The notes under the pieces were generated by a model, which saw only the letters and a list, made by a program, of their open reading frames with translations, did no database searches and was not told where the DNA came from. 64,000 nucleotides of DNA from Eledone cirrhosa (lineage: Eukaryota): contig OZ024740.1 in assembly GCA_964016885.1 (NCBI GenBank), positions 181,350,001 through 181,414,000 of the forward strand. The letters are read 5' to 3'. Shown in pieces: positions 40,491-55,700 of this stretch. Within the stretch, counting starts at the first letter, position 1. The number at the start of each line of letters is the position of its first letter. The position numbers and the translations under genes are program-made.

Positions 40491-41143
40491 CACACACATA
40501 CTCTCTCTTTCAATTTCTCTCTCTCTCTCTCACATACACACACACACAGAAACACAGACACTTATTGTCGCGTCGACATTGTCAATTAAGGGTTTCAAAT
40601 GGCCATTTTTTGAAATCGCGCATATTTCAAAAGTTTATTCTGACACTCCCATTATAGTACCTAACATGGTTACTGCTCAGAAATGGTCTACTATATGCCA
40701 CGTACCAGGAAAACAATTATGGTTGCTTTATCTAGTGTACCTATTGAGATAGAAATACCTAAATGAGGCATACATTTGCTGTACGTTTAATTCATGGCAA
40801 TTTTCAGAGGCCTGTAGAGGGAAACATATACAAGATAACCTTGATTTGATGAAATATTTGAACTCTACAGAAGAAGTTAGCCCAGAACACATGATATTAA
40901 AGTTGTGCTTCCCTTAGAGAAGAAATGGGTGTCGCAAATTTGTCCGAGAGGCGCGTTCGGAAAAAGTGTATAATTAATTAATATTTTAGAGGCCTACAAT
41001 TTCAAAACTATCAAATATATTTCCCTAATACTTGATAGGTTTATATCAGATAGATACAGAAGCTACTATGAATTTTTTCAGGGGGATCTGACGGGTTGAC
41101 CTGGGAAACCTTTCTGAAACTGGGTGATTTGATATGGAATAAC

Positions 41144-41247
<104 letters not shown>

Positions 41248-43669
41248 GTGTGTGTCTGTGCGCGTGTGCGCGTTTGCGTGTATGTGAGTGTGTGTGTGTG
41301 TTGCTAGGCAGATAGAGAGGGATGGGGAGATGATACAGCTTCTTTTCTCGTGTTCTCACAATGTGATTGCATAATGTCTTCGGACAATATTACATGGCTG
41401 CTAGGTTTTTCTTGGCAAGCAAAATAGTAATTCATAATGTTAATAACATGAACATATCTGTGAAGGGTCACTTTAATTACTTCGTCTGTATAGGCAGGAG
41501 TATATTTCCTTATTTATATATTTTGACTACCAGAATTGATGAGTCTATTGACTTTTTTTTCAACTGTCTTCCTGAAGTATTCCTTTTAAATGAGTCATTT
41601 GTCTTCTATTTGGAAAATTTGGAACGATTCATATAAAAACTTTGACTGCGGACCTGAAATGAATCCCATATTAATCAATAATTTATGTGTTTCTTCGTAT
41701 AACTGCTTCAAACAGCAGAAAATCTCTTGTATCAGGTCATTGTTCTGATAATTTTGTAGGTTGATTAAAGGCATTCATAATATGAATGCAACTTGTTAGT
41801 CTCTGCAATAAAGATAACATCCTAGAATGCTAAAAACACATCTGACCTCGTAGTTTGTAGTTTCTAAATGAATTTGATGTTGTTACACAGTGTAATTGTG
41901 TCATTGTCAAATCGATGTTGTTGATCATAGAAAAATCGGTGAGAAATAATACGTGTTCTTCATGAAATTCTATAAACATTTTTACAATTGCGATAACCAA
42001 AATCTTCCAAATTGCAATCTTGTATCCGACACAAATCATTTTAGAGTTGACAGATCTGATGCGTTGATATCAGATTGAAAATCAAAAGGGACGACCTAAT
42101 TGCTCATTAGTTCACTAGGGATGTTTTGCTATTGCATAGCGAATTAGTCAATAAGTCGATGGAGACTATTGATCATAAAACTAACATCAATTGTTCCAGG
42201 AAAAATAGTTTTCAGTATTTGTCTATTAGTTATTGATTGACCAGATCATGTCAATAGTCGTCTTAATGCAAGTCGTGGTTGTATTCACAATGATTTGCGC
42301 ACTGAAACTAAAATGTAGACGGAGCCGTTTCTCGGAAACTCCTACAATGTTACACGATATGTTATTATTAACTAAGAAAAATACAGTTTGTTTTCATCAA
42401 AATGAATACAATTTCGTTTTGGGTTTATAACCAAAAATATAAAACTTAGAAAAAGAAGTAACATTACAACCTTCATGTGGTTAATCTACCAGGTAGAAAT
42501 AGCATCACAATTTTCTCAAACCATACCGTAATACCGTATGAAATGAACTAATAAATTAAACAACATAGTCCTTCATCGCATTAAACATATATAATGGTCA
42601 CGATTAATGCCTCTAACAATAATTGTATTATTAAAGCTAACTTTGTATGAAAATAAACCATTTTTTTAATACGAAATACATGAGTTTTATCCATAGGAAA
42701 TGTTGAATATATTATTTATGTACAGTTTAACTTGATGAATATTATAATATTTTACATTGTAATAAAATTATATGGTTTAATATTCTAATGCTTCAATGTT
42801 CACAAAACGATGTAATGTAATCTGATAAAAAATTGGTTTGTTATATTTAACATCTCGTTCAAATATCTGACCCTCTTTTCTACTCATGAATGTGAGAAGG
42901 AATTGTAGGGTCCACCATCATTTCTTAGCTTCTTTGATTGACTTTCTTCATAGTTGTAGTAAAGATGTAGCGTGTTACTGATGTCTAAATGGGGTGGTTA
43001 TAATATATTCGACCGATCTAGTACTCACCTTTCTTTTATCTCACCGACTCAGAAAGAATGAAGTGCTGACAGAATGAAAAGAACCAGTGATAAGGATTCA
43101 TACAGAATTTGTTGCTGGGTCTTACTTATTTGTACGTAGAATACAAGGCACAAAATGTTTTCATGACTACATATCAAAGAAAATATCAATGTCTATATAC
43201 GAGTACTATGATGCTCTATAGTATATTTTGGAACATATAATAGCAGTGTAGTTTTTTCAGAAATCTTTAGACGTTTTGGCTGGCTACTTAGGGAGGCATT
43301 CCAAGTTAGGAAACATTGATAGAAGTCAACATTAATAAGCTGCAAGCCAGCGAAGACGTTGGTGTATCAATGGATTTCAAACGCAGATGGAAAGATATAG
43401 TACCTGGAATTACTCTCATACTCCTTTTTCTTGTCTTGAAAAAGAAGCTTTGTTTTAAAAATCATAATACGACTCTATATAAACAATATTTCTAATCAGC
43501 TATATACTGTAATGCATATTGCAGAGGCTGAAGCTGTACTGCACATTAAGTATTCAGGCTTGAGATAAAAGGAATAAGATATAACATTCTACTTGACATG
43601 GCGCACTTCTTTGCACCATTCCAACTGTATTAGTGACACCCTGTGATGTTCAAATACAAAATTGCACAC

Positions 43670-43935
43670 ATAAATATCGGTCGCTCTCCGACAGGTTTAC
43701 CGTTGAGCCCGTGGCAGTAGAGACTTCTGTTGTCCTTGCCCCAGAAGCCACCTCGTTACTCACCACCATTGACATAGTGTTGGCTACCTGCAGGTTTGAA
43801 TCGCGCGAGCAGGAGTGGCTCTTCTAGCGCGTCTCCCTCAACGTCCTCCGAAGAAACGCCTTCTCAATTCTCTCCGCTGGTGCCACTGGGCGGCGAGCAT
43901 GTGCGCCCAAATTTGCTAATAATCGGTCACGATTA
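43670..43935 (+). mobile_element. Third CRE-like RLE 3' fragment
   Basis: KYRSLSDRFTVEPVAVETS...ESREQEWLF*RVSLNVLRRNAFSILSAGATGR, homologous to the 3505 and 6027 peptides. Confidence 0.8.
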
Positions 43936-44364
43936 GGTTGATACCATACACATAATCATTCACACAATTATATTTATATTGATATATTAAGATTCAATAT
44001 ACGTAACTAGATAGATTACTTTGGTTTTAAAACTTTTCGTCAGCAAAAGTTGGCTAAATGTCCAATAGAAAGAAATCAATACTAAATAATAAATTTAAAT
44101 TAAGCAGCTAAGATGCAACCAAAGCAATAACGTCTGTAAACAATTGTAATGATTTCAATCAGATTCTAATTAAATAGGTATTAAACAGCCAATAATGAAG
44201 TTTAGTTTTAGCACTACAAGTTATTAATTTTCTCAGTTGATAATCAATGAAAAGTAGGATATTTCAAATATAACATAATATATCATATAACATAATATGA
44301 TATGATTTAATATATGTTACTATATATAAATATACACGCACCCACACACACAAACACACACACG

Positions 44365-44408
<44 letters not shown>

Positions 44409-47332
44409 CGCTTATACTATGATGATAACATTAAGATTCAAAGGAGCAAGTTATGTATTTCAACCTGTCAAATTTGTGACGTTGTGTCCAAGCTAAGCTT
44501 AAGAATCAATAATGCCAAGACTGAATTATTTCTAATAATATGGCTAAAGCAAAATACCCGAGTGGAACGTTCTGAATACTAAATACAAATATGGGAGGTG
44601 GCTCACTTAATTTGTATAGTTAATTGTAAACCTACGACCACATGATATTATTTAATTTGTAAGCAGACAAACTTGCACTTGAATTGTTTAACATCCGGGC
44701 GGAGTTCGAAAGATAACTTGAATGAATCAGTTAATTAAAATTCACGAAGAACATCAGTTTGAGAGCACCCGGTCTTTAAAACTACATGAGAATCACAATG
44801 GATATGTTTTAGTTTTATTAGACCTCACCAAAACAGGTTCCCTCAGTTGTCTATATTTGTCCAACATATTTGATGAATTTATATTTTGTAATTCGGATGC
44901 AACATGAAACGCACAGTTCAATTAACGTTTAAATAACGGTTGGTATCTAGAAGAATATATGCTCATTTGTTTTAGTTTTTATATTTGAATCGTTCTAAAT
45001 AGACTGAGATTGAAACTGTCATAAAGACACTGCTAAATCTATTTTCAACACCACAAATTAACGTTCATGGCGGTTGCAGCAATCCATTGCGAATCATACA
45101 GAAACTTACGTTGCTGCTATTGATGCTACGGCGGCTCTGTCGCTGCTGCTATTGTGGTAGAGGTCTACCTACAGTCTGGTCAAACAGAATTTATTGAAGA
45201 TGCTCATTGCATGTTTCCAATCAGATTAACTTAATTACATCATCCAGTTTTCATACTGTGTAATTTGGAAAATGTATTTGGCTGCTATTTATTGATGCGG
45301 CCTTGTTTTTCCATGTAAATCATCATTTTGGAATGTATTACGAGAATAATTGGGATGTTAAAAAATTAAATTTTTGAAATATAAATATGAATAAAACTGA
45401 ATGGAGAAATGCCTTTAAATATATTTTTCAATTATCGATATTAAAAAAATAATTGAATTATAACTGAAGGCCAGATGTTTCACCATCATTATGTAACGCT
45501 TTTTTTCTCGTATGAACACTGAGAAAATATAATAATTTCAAACAAGCTCCAATAAGATATTATTTTCTTTATTATTTATTTATCTCAACAGAATTTGTAG
45601 AAAGAATTGCGAAAGTGTTTTCTTTCTTAATATAGTTTTCATCCTGTCCAGTTTGAGTTCAAATCCTGCTGTGGTTTTACATGAGCAAGAAATGTATTGA
45701 AAGAAGTGGTGAAATTAGGTCTAGATATATTGGATCTTGCATACTGGAATAATATTGTTTTCTTTAACATATGCTCATATCATGAACTCTCCGTTTCATA
45801 ATGCATTATGAATAGAGACTATAATGTATTAGTTCAAATGGCATTTGCTAAGCAAATTTTATTTACTTGCAGTACAATTAATGGGACTGCTCAATAGCCA
45901 TTAATCTATAAATATAGAGAGGAAGAAAGGAGATACAGTCTGATGATTGCTCTTACATCAGATTTTCAATGTTATTCATGTTACTTTACATATTTTTCTT
46001 CTACTGCTGACAAAAATGTACTGTACTACTACAAAGGCCAGAGTAGTGTTACTTAATGCTATTGTATTTTATAGCTAGAATTATAGCTTCATAGAAGAAT
46101 AAACTTAAAAAAATAATTAACATGATGCAAATGGTAACTAAACATTGCTCTGATGAAATATTCAGAAGCAGGAAGTAAAACTATTAGGAAAACAACCAGC
46201 ATGTAATTATCTGCTTTAATGCGGCTTCACTCAACACTTGACTTTTCTGAAACACACATCCTTCAGTATTGAATAGGTTTCGTTCATGTATATTTATGGG
46301 TCATTAATTTTATGTTAACTGATGCTGAAATATTAAACAGATACAACGTTTATTTCGAAATCTAATCTAATTAGCTATGAAAATTTATTGATATTCCAAA
46401 ACCTATAAAATTAATAGTCATTAAGTATTAGAATGAATAATACAGAAACAATGAAAAAAAACTATATTTATTTTGTGATTCACTTTTGTTTTACCTGCTT
46501 AAATTTGTTGAAATGGGAAGCTTTAGATTTTGGCTGTGCAACGATATCAACATGCCAAGCCTTATCTTAGATTGGGGTAACAATGGGTAATATCCTGGAA
46601 CTTGTGAGTGAATGAATTTGAAATGTCGAAACACTATCAATAAAGAAAGAGGCTCAGCAGCCAAATTATTGCCTTTTCATACACATTTTTCTTGTACCTT
46701 CTTGATATATATATTCAGGAAACTTATAAATAACTATATAGAAACTTCATACAAATACCATGTTGATAGAGAATTTATAATATGTAAAAGATTGTGACGT
46801 TGGCAATATCATTGAACAATTTAATGAATAAATTGTATATGTATAAAGTATATCGATTGTTGCTGAATAGAAAATTTGGCTTAAAGCTCAAATTTAGTGT
46901 AGGAAAATATTCAGCGAGAAAATTATGGATTCTTTTTATAATTCCTGTTTCGGCATATATATAAGAATAGGTAATGGACAATAACTCTGATAGATACCCT
47001 AGAGCATGTTAATGAATAGTTACCACATATAAAATCACATTTCTTCATAATATATATAGAGAAGCAATCATGTACTTGTTTATAATGTTGACAAAAAATA
47101 TGTTACGGAATATGCTGATTCGATTACTCTTCAAATAACTTTCAATATCATAGTCACTCGTCGACTGAACACTTTCTTACATCAAAATTCCGGTTTTTAA
47201 ATGCGTTTAAATGTTTCCATACTTAATGGAAGTACATTACACTCAATGTGTTATAGCATTTATTCATATCCATTTACATTTGGAAATGAAATTCTATCAA
47301 GGCTCAATTAATCATACTCAAAATAGAACCTT

Positions 47333-47537
47333 AGGTACAGCGCCAACAATTTACGGGAGGAGAAAGTCGAATAAATCGACACCTGTGCGTTACTGAAACT
47401 TTACTGTATCGAACTTGTAAAGAAGAAAGACAAAGCTAACCTTGGTAGAATTTGAACTCTGAATGTGAAAGGATATAACTCTAAGCTACAAAGCATATTG
47501 TCCGATGATTTACCGATATTACTAAACCACCGCCTTA
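47333..47537 (-). mobile_element. tRNA-derived SINE (diverged)
   Basis: caaagctaaccttggtagaatttgaactctgaa...taccgatattactaaaccaccgcctt. Confidence 0.7.
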
Positions 47538-47592
47538 AATACCAATCAAATACTGAAACCAGTTGAATTGAGTAAAAACTGTTTTTATTACG

Positions 47593-47745
47593 AGGTGGCT
47601 TGGCAGTATCGGTAGAGGGTCGGATGCCATGCTTTGCAGCAAAGAGTTACGGCCATTTACTATCTGAGTTCAGATCCCGCCGAGGTTAACTTTGCCTTTC
47701 ATCCTTACGGGGTCGATAAAATCAAGTACCAGTAATACACTGGGA
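47593..47745 (+). mobile_element. tRNA-derived SINE, head-to-head with the preceding copy
   Basis: tggcagtatcggtagagggtcgg...gagttcagatcccgccgaggttaactttgcctttcatccttacggggtcgataaaa. Confidence 0.85.
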
Positions 47746-48713
47746 TATAATTGGGATAGAAACAATTATTAATTACAATAAACCATTTATACAGTTCTGT
47801 GACGCCTTATATCAATAGTTGTTCATTAACTGAGTATCTATATACATCGAATTAGAATAGACCAACGAGATTTAACAAAATATAATCAATGGTATATGAA
47901 TATTCAAGCAGTTTTGTGTATTTTTTAAATAATTAATGCAGTAAAAGAATGAAGCGCGTGTATAGAAAATATTCTTAGTAAGAGAAAAGGAAGAATTTTG
48001 AAAACAGAATGTTGGATAGTGACAGCCATGAGATATGAAATACTGACTCGTTCAACCATATCTGATTACTTTTACCTCACACCTGTCATATTTATGAGTG
48101 TAACTGCTGAATAAACAACTTTTTAAAGTTTAACAAGAAACAAATATATATATATATATATATATACTTTAAAGGTCTATAAACCACGTGATGTATTAAG
48201 TTGCACATGCTTAATGTTACATTTAATACTCACACACGCACAATTATATGCGTGTGTGTATGATTATAAGGGCGTTTGAAAATGCGTGCATATATAGGAG
48301 TTTATGTGTATTTAACCAATAACGCAGGCCCCTGTGATCTTTCATTTTACATGGGGACTACTTAAATTTAGTCACATCACATTAATTCATACTATTCTTA
48401 AGATTATTTATTTTATTTTTTTCCATTATGGGCTAACAAAATATTTGAATAACACAAGTAAAAATAATTCAACATGAAATTTTCCCTAATAAAATTCCAT
48501 TCTCATTTAAGCAATGTTGACATTTGGACATTATTTATAAATAGGAAGGTAAATAACAAAATAACAAAATTCATCAATAGAATAAAATAAAAGTAACATA
48601 ATTTCACACAACATTACTACTTTTGATAAAGCATTGCTAAAATAAAGTTCTGATGAACATGTAAAAGGAAATATGGAAAACCAATATTTAAAGGAAACAA
48701 TTTATATTAAAAA

Positions 48714-48836
<123 letters not shown>

Positions 48837-49158
48837 CAATGCATATACCGGAACAGAAATTGAGTCCCGATGTGGACCTCCATAAAAATAAAACATTTGA
48901 ATATTGTTCTGAGGGGGTTTATAAAGCTTAAACTAAATTTCAAACAAAAATTTTAGCTAGCCATACATTTAATGTAACTTCAAATATGTAAACACAGAAT
49001 TACGCACACACAAACGCACACACACACGCACACGCACGCACACACACACACACACACGCGCGCGCGCGCTCGCAGAGAGAGAGAAAGAGAATGACGCTCA
49101 CTCGCTTATATACATATTTTTGTTTGTGTGTGGCTATGTATGTTTATGAATGTAAATG

Positions 49159-49222
<64 letters not shown>

Positions 49223-49799
49223 CATATATATGTACATCCGTACATGTGATTTTAATCCTGTGTTTGCCTTCTTTATTCTTGAACTATATATCCATACGTG
49301 CATACATACATATACATATATACACAGACATATATGCACACATTGATACATACATATCAGAATATGTCTGTGTGTGTGTGTGATATAGTTTTCAGGTGAA
49401 AGGATAAACATTGTATATGCCCTGGTAATAAATTCTGCAATTTCAAATTTCCTGATTCGATTTTTGGGAATCCGTGTTTACGTGAATAGCTGAAGAATTT
49501 TGCAATATTGAATTTTCTCCCTACATTAACATTCAAACAATAACCCAACGCCACAAACTTTAAATATCAACATGGTTTTTGATTTTCTTTAACACCTTAT
49601 GTGGATTTTTTGTGTGTGAATGTGTATGACCTCTCCAGAAATGCATCAGAATATAGTGTATTTTTATTATTGAAAAATGCATTCAGCCTTCACAAGCAAT
49701 TTTATATAATACATATTTCCCCCACTCTATATTATTTATATATTCCAATTGTGTTTTTTTTTAATTCTTTTTTTCCTTATTAAGGTATTTCTTTTTTTA

Positions 49800-52400
49800 C
49801 CAATTTTCATCATCATCAACATCATCATCAGTAGTTTATTCTTCCTACTCTACATCATCCCCATCATCAGCTCTGTTATAGTTGTCATCATTTTCACCAC
49901 CAACTATATCACTATCACTAGTATCAACTCCATTACTTATGCACTAAAACTGCCATCTCCATCACCACCACCACCAGCAACACTACCTCCATCATTATCA
50001 TTACACTCATCAACACAACCATCATCCTGGCATGTATCATCACCTACACTCGTCACCTATCACACTCGTCGCCATCGCCCTCATTGTCATAATCTCGCGT
50101 GACTTGTTATCCTAATTCAAATCTGTTATCATCATCAGTAATACAATAATCAGCTTCAGCATCAATATCGTCAATATTCCCCTCCACCCTCTCCTCATCC
50201 TTCTCATCCTCAACCTCATCCTCATTCTCAGCCTTAACCTTCTCATCATTATCATCATCCCCTTCACATCCTCATACTCATACTCATCCATATCCACGTG
50301 CTCCCCTCCACTGCCCCTCAGCCGTATCATTCTCATTTTTTACCTTCATCCTCTACTTCCTGCTCCTTTTCAGCCCCATTCTCAATCTCCCCCTCCTCAT
50401 GATCCCCATCATCATCCACCTCCTTATACTCCTCCACATCGAGACCCACCACCTCCTCCTCCTCCTCTTTACTGTCCTCAACCTCATTATTCTCATTCAT
50501 ATCTTCACTATCCTCCTCTCCCTGCTCATCCTCCTCCCCCTCCCTTTCTACATCTCTTCCTAATCATCCACAAAATTGTCTTCCTCCTCCTCCTCCTCAT
50601 CCTCCTTCTCCTTCTCCACTTTCTGCCCCTCCTTCTCATTTTCCACCCCTCCCCATCTCCTCCTCCTCCCAATAGCCCTCACTTTCCTCATCCTCATCAC
50701 ACTCATTCTTATCTTCATCCTACAAGTATTTCCCCCTCCTCCTCATTATTCCCCTCCTTCCAAATCTCCTCCTCTCCCTCACTTTCTTCAACATCCCCTC
50801 CAACTCCTCCTCCTCCTCGTCACCCTCACGCTCGTCACCTCCCACCTCCTCCCCTCCCCCATCCTCCGCTTCCTCAACATCATCATCATGTCCATCCTAA
50901 TCCCCTTCCCACCATAAGAAACATCAGCATCATTCTCCAACAATTACGACCATCAGTCATCAATCAACACCATTTGTTGTTTTAATATTTTTCTACAATC
51001 TTATCTCTTCACACATTTCACTACACCGGATTCTGATAACACATAAAAATTACAATGACAATAAATTATGTTCAATTAAATTGAATTATATTTTACCATT
51101 CCCTCCCCCACAATACCACCACCAACACTAACAGCATTTACCCTCCCCACTATCACTATCACGACCACCAACAGCACTACTAGCATTTACCGTCCCAACA
51201 ATAGCACCAACACCACCACCAAAAACAGTACCAGCCTTTACCACCGCCACTACACAACCACCACCACCACCAATACTACCAGCCTTTACCGATCCGACTA
51301 TACCACCGTCAATACTACCAGCCTTAACCGTCCCCACTATACCACCACCACCACCAACAACAATACCAACCTTTAACGTACTCACTATACCACCACCAAC
51401 ACTACCAGCCTTTACCCTCCCCACTATACCACCACCCCCAACACTACCAGCCTTTACTGTCCTCACTATACCACCACCACCACCACCAACACTACCAGCC
51501 TTTACCCTCCCCACTATACCACCACAACCAACACTACAAGCCTTTACCGACGTCCCCACTATACCATCACTGCCACCAATAATACCACCCTTTATCCTAC
51601 CCACTATACCACCACTACCAACACCACCAGCCTTTACCGTCCCCACTATACAACCACCACCACCACAACCACTAACACTACCAGCCTTTACCCTCCCCAT
51701 CTCCGCCAACAACGCTACCAACCTTCATAATCCCCGCCATCACAAGTGCATGTATTTCCTCCATCAACTCCGCCATCAACACTACCCACACCACCAACAT
51801 TAGTACAAACACTTCCACTACCAGCGCTTCTACCTCCAGCACGACGGCCATCTCCATCAGACTTACATATAGGTTAACTTCGCAACCAACACCATCTAGG
51901 TGTAACCACCTTTATTACCAACGCCTTCATCATCACCACAATCCACATCATCTTTACATTCGTTAATCTAAGTATTTCTTATTATATATCCTACATCCTA
52001 TTATCGCCAAGTGCAGCAATAGCAGCAGCAGCGATAGTGCCGTCATCATTACTATCAAAGCCCTCATTGTAATCATCACAATCTTCATAACCATCATCAT
52101 TATCATCATTATCATCACCACCATTATCATTACCACAATCATCATCACCACCATCATCATCACTACCATCGTCAGCATCATCACCATCAGCAACAGCAAT
52201 ATCAACAGCATCACCACCATCATCATCATCATCCTCACCACTGCCACCATCACCAACATCATCCCCACATTACCAGCAACACCGCCGTCACCATCACCAC
52301 CATCGTCTGCATCATCACCATCATCGGAATTATCACCAGCACAACCACCACCACCCCAATAACACCGCCACCATCATCACCATTAGTCATTATATTCCTT
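49800..52400. repeat. Decayed CAT/CCT/CAC trinucleotide low-complexity tract
   Basis: Strongly C/A/T-skewed triplet-derived sequence, nearly G-free on the plus strand. Confidence 0.85.
51170..51700. repeat. Minisatellite, ~40-45 bp unit, about a dozen copies
   Basis: Unit ccagcctttaccgtccccactatacc(acc)n-aacacta; gives the VGTVKAGSVGGGG repeat in ORF 51128-51721. Confidence 0.85.
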
Positions 52401-52437
52401 ACAATCCATATCATTATTGTTGTCGTTCGTATATTTC

Positions 52438-52446
52438 ACTACTACA

Positions 52447-52495
<49 letters not shown>

Positions 52496-52506
52496 ATAAT
52501 AATAAT
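52438..52506. repeat. (ACT)n followed by (AAT)4 at the 3' junction of Tx1-like copy A
   Basis: (ACT)n 52438-52494, (AAT)4 52495-52506. Confidence 0.95.
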
Positions 52507-52760
52507 GATTTCATTTATTGGCCACAAGGGCCGACATATAGGGGACAACACAATAGACAGGGACAGTGGGGGTTTACATAGAGATCGAGTAAGTATAAAT
52601 AACAAAAAAAACAAAATAACAATAAAAATACAACAATGAAAGTTCCCCAATAAGAGGGATCACCACCCAGGGTTGACTCAAGCACCCCACCAGTCCTGAG
52701 CCACCCGACGCTCCTAGGGCACCCGGGAAGGGCACCCCTCTCCTTCTCGAATTCACCAGC

Positions 52761-55700
52761 CTACAGGCGCATGATCAGAGTAGGCCCACTCACGCGGGCC
52801 ATTCTCGCCACATTCACCCACCTTTCAGTAAATGTACTGGGGGGCAGCACTTCTCTCTCCACCCTCACCTTCCTTTCCAAGTGAAACTTGAAGAAGTTGA
52901 TGAGGGATTGGCCGAAGAGAAAAGTGTCTGTCTTCAGTCCTTTCAACCTGGTCCACCATGCAACCTCTTTCGCTACTGCCACCAGGCAGAGGAAAATTGC
53001 CTGCCCTTCCTGACCAAAAGAAGGCGGCGGGTCAATCTTCACTATGGACTCGGACGATAGCCGGATCCGTTCTACACGCGACAATAGCTGTTCGACATAA
53101 CCCCACAAGTCAGCAATGCACGGACACTGGACGAGTGCGTGCAGAACGGTTTCGTCGCTCTGCGCGCATCTCGGGCAGGTTCGTCTGACAGCACTTCCGT
53201 GCCTGTAGAGTTTATCCCGAACCGGCAGCGCCCCCCGGTAGCACTGCCAAGCGAGGGATTTCTGGAAGTTATCCATCGTCCCCGGCTCGAAAGTCCTCCG
53301 GAACATACTGGTCAGTTCTACTTCGTTGACGCCCAGAGCCTCTCCTAGTACGTCATCGCACTTGCCCTCCACTAATCCTCTATAGAAATCTTGAGTGGAA
53401 GTTCCACTGACCGCATTGCCCACCTTGCAGAGTGCAGTGAGCGCCTGGCAACATTCCAGATGCCAGTCGCCCAGTCTCGGTCTCTTCTTGACCCAGGACT
53501 GCAGCTCAGTCAAAGAGATGAGCTGCGGAAAGGCCCGTCTAACAAACGGCGACCACACCTGTTCACCGTTTAGGCAAAATATCTGGAGATGTCGCAGCCT
53601 CAGCGCATGTCTGCGCATCATTAGCCACGGCATGCCCAGCCCTCCACGAAGAGGGTGCTGGCAGCAGATGGACCGCCTCACCAACGGGACCCGTCCCCTC
53701 CACAAAAATTTGAAAAGGAGCCGTTCCAAATTGGCGAGGCGTGGACGGGGGCAAGGCACGACGGTCAGGCGGTAGTAGATGACGGACGCGATGTACGCGT
53801 TCGCCACCTCCGCCCGCCCTTTCAGTGATAGCTTTCTCTCAGCCCATTTCTGGGTGAGGTTGGCTATCCTGCTCGTCACCTCGTCCCAATTCTTATCCAC
53901 CTGGAGGTCTGGTCCGAACCAAACCCCGAGCAACTTTACCGGTCCGTCTGTCCAGCGCCCAACGACGCTGTTGGACGGCATGGACTTGCCTCTCCAGGTG
54001 CCGAGCTGCAAGCCCACCGACTTTTCCGGGTTAAGTTTTGCTCCCGTCAACCTTTCATATTCCTCCAAATGGGTGCGGATCACCTCGATTTCCGAGGTGT
54101 CCGACACCATCACGGTGATGTCGTCCGCATAAGCGGACGCAGCCTTTCTACGTCCCGGTTCGAGCGGGATGCCCTGCAACAACTCCAGCTTCCGCAGTAG
54201 AGGCTCAAGAGTCAATACGTACAGAAGTGAGGAGAGAGGGCACCCTTGACGGACCGATCGAGAGATCTGAAACGGTTCCGAGAGGTGGCCATTAACTTTG
54301 ACCACCGAGCGGATGCCGCTGTACATTGCAGCGATCCAGCTTCTGAAGACGGGGCCGAAGCCAGCCGCCTCGAGGACAGCCTCCAAGTACCGATGGTCGA
54401 CCCTATCGAATGCTTTCGATTGATCTAAATTGATCAGAGCCCCACCGAAGCCAGGTTTGCACCCAACCCTCTCTATGATGTATCGCATGAGGTGGAGGTT
54501 GTCGTGTATGGACCTGGCCGGGATTGCGCAAGTTTGCGCCTCCCCAACCAAATCTTTGACGACAAGCGCCAACCTTTTCGCTAACACCTTGGCCAAAATC
54601 TTAAACTCTGTGTTGAGCAGGGTTATGGGCCTGAAATTATCTAGTGTGTCCCTCTTGTTCTCGTCTTTCCTTATCAGCGTCACTACGCCACGGCTCACAG
54701 AACTGGGAATGCTCCCGTTCTGCTGCCAGTTGCAGTAGAGCGCTTCGAGGAGATCGGAGAACAAGTCTGGCATATTTACGTAAAGCTCGTAGGGCAGACC
54801 ATCCAAACCGGGTGACTTGCGACTCGAGCAGCCGACAAGGGCGTCCTGAATTTCGACTGATGTTATCGGCTCTTCGCAGCGCTCAGCGTCGGCCGTCGAG
54901 AGGCGTGGCAAACCGTCGAGGTAGGGACTGAAGTCCGCCGCCGTCTCCGACTCACCCATCCTCCCGAACAATCGAGCAAAGTGCTGGCGAAAGGCCTCAC
55001 ACATCTGCTTGGAATCGCTCAGTTCGTGTCCATCTCGATCCGTCAAAGACCGAATTGTGGTTTTGTTTCCACGCTGCGTCTCTGCAAAGCGAGCCCATCG
55101 GGCAGCTTTGGTTCCCTCGTTCCCCAGAGCACGCGCCTTAGCTCTGACAATGCAACCTTCGTGTTTCGCATTGAAGAAATGGTCTAGTGCCATTCTCGCC
55201 GCTAGCACGTCTGTTGCAATGCCACTACAAATAGCCTCGTCTAACTTAGCTATCAGCCCCTCCTCCTTTCTATTTTTCTCTATTGCTACTTCTTTGCTAA
55301 ATCCTATCGAGGTTGCTCTAATCTCTCTTTTGAGAGCCCCCCACCACCTGTTGTTGACAACCCCCCTGTCAACTTTTCCTTAACTAAGTTGTTGACCCGG
55401 TCCCTGTAAGCTTTACGTGCCGGAAACGACATGTTTAGCTTCCAGTAGCTAGGTCCTAACCTACGTGTCTTATCTAGGTCGACCATACAGATCACAAGCT
55501 TGTGATCTGAATAGGCAACCGTTTTAAAATGTGGACATCCTACACTATTTCTATCTCTTTTCCTAATGAAAATCCTATCTATGTACGATCTAGATGACCC
55601 TATGCGATTGGTCCAGGTCCATACTGGCGCATTAGGGAAATCTAGTCGGTACCTGTCAGACAGTTGAAACTGGCTGATCAGGTACTTGAGGCTTTTGCAC

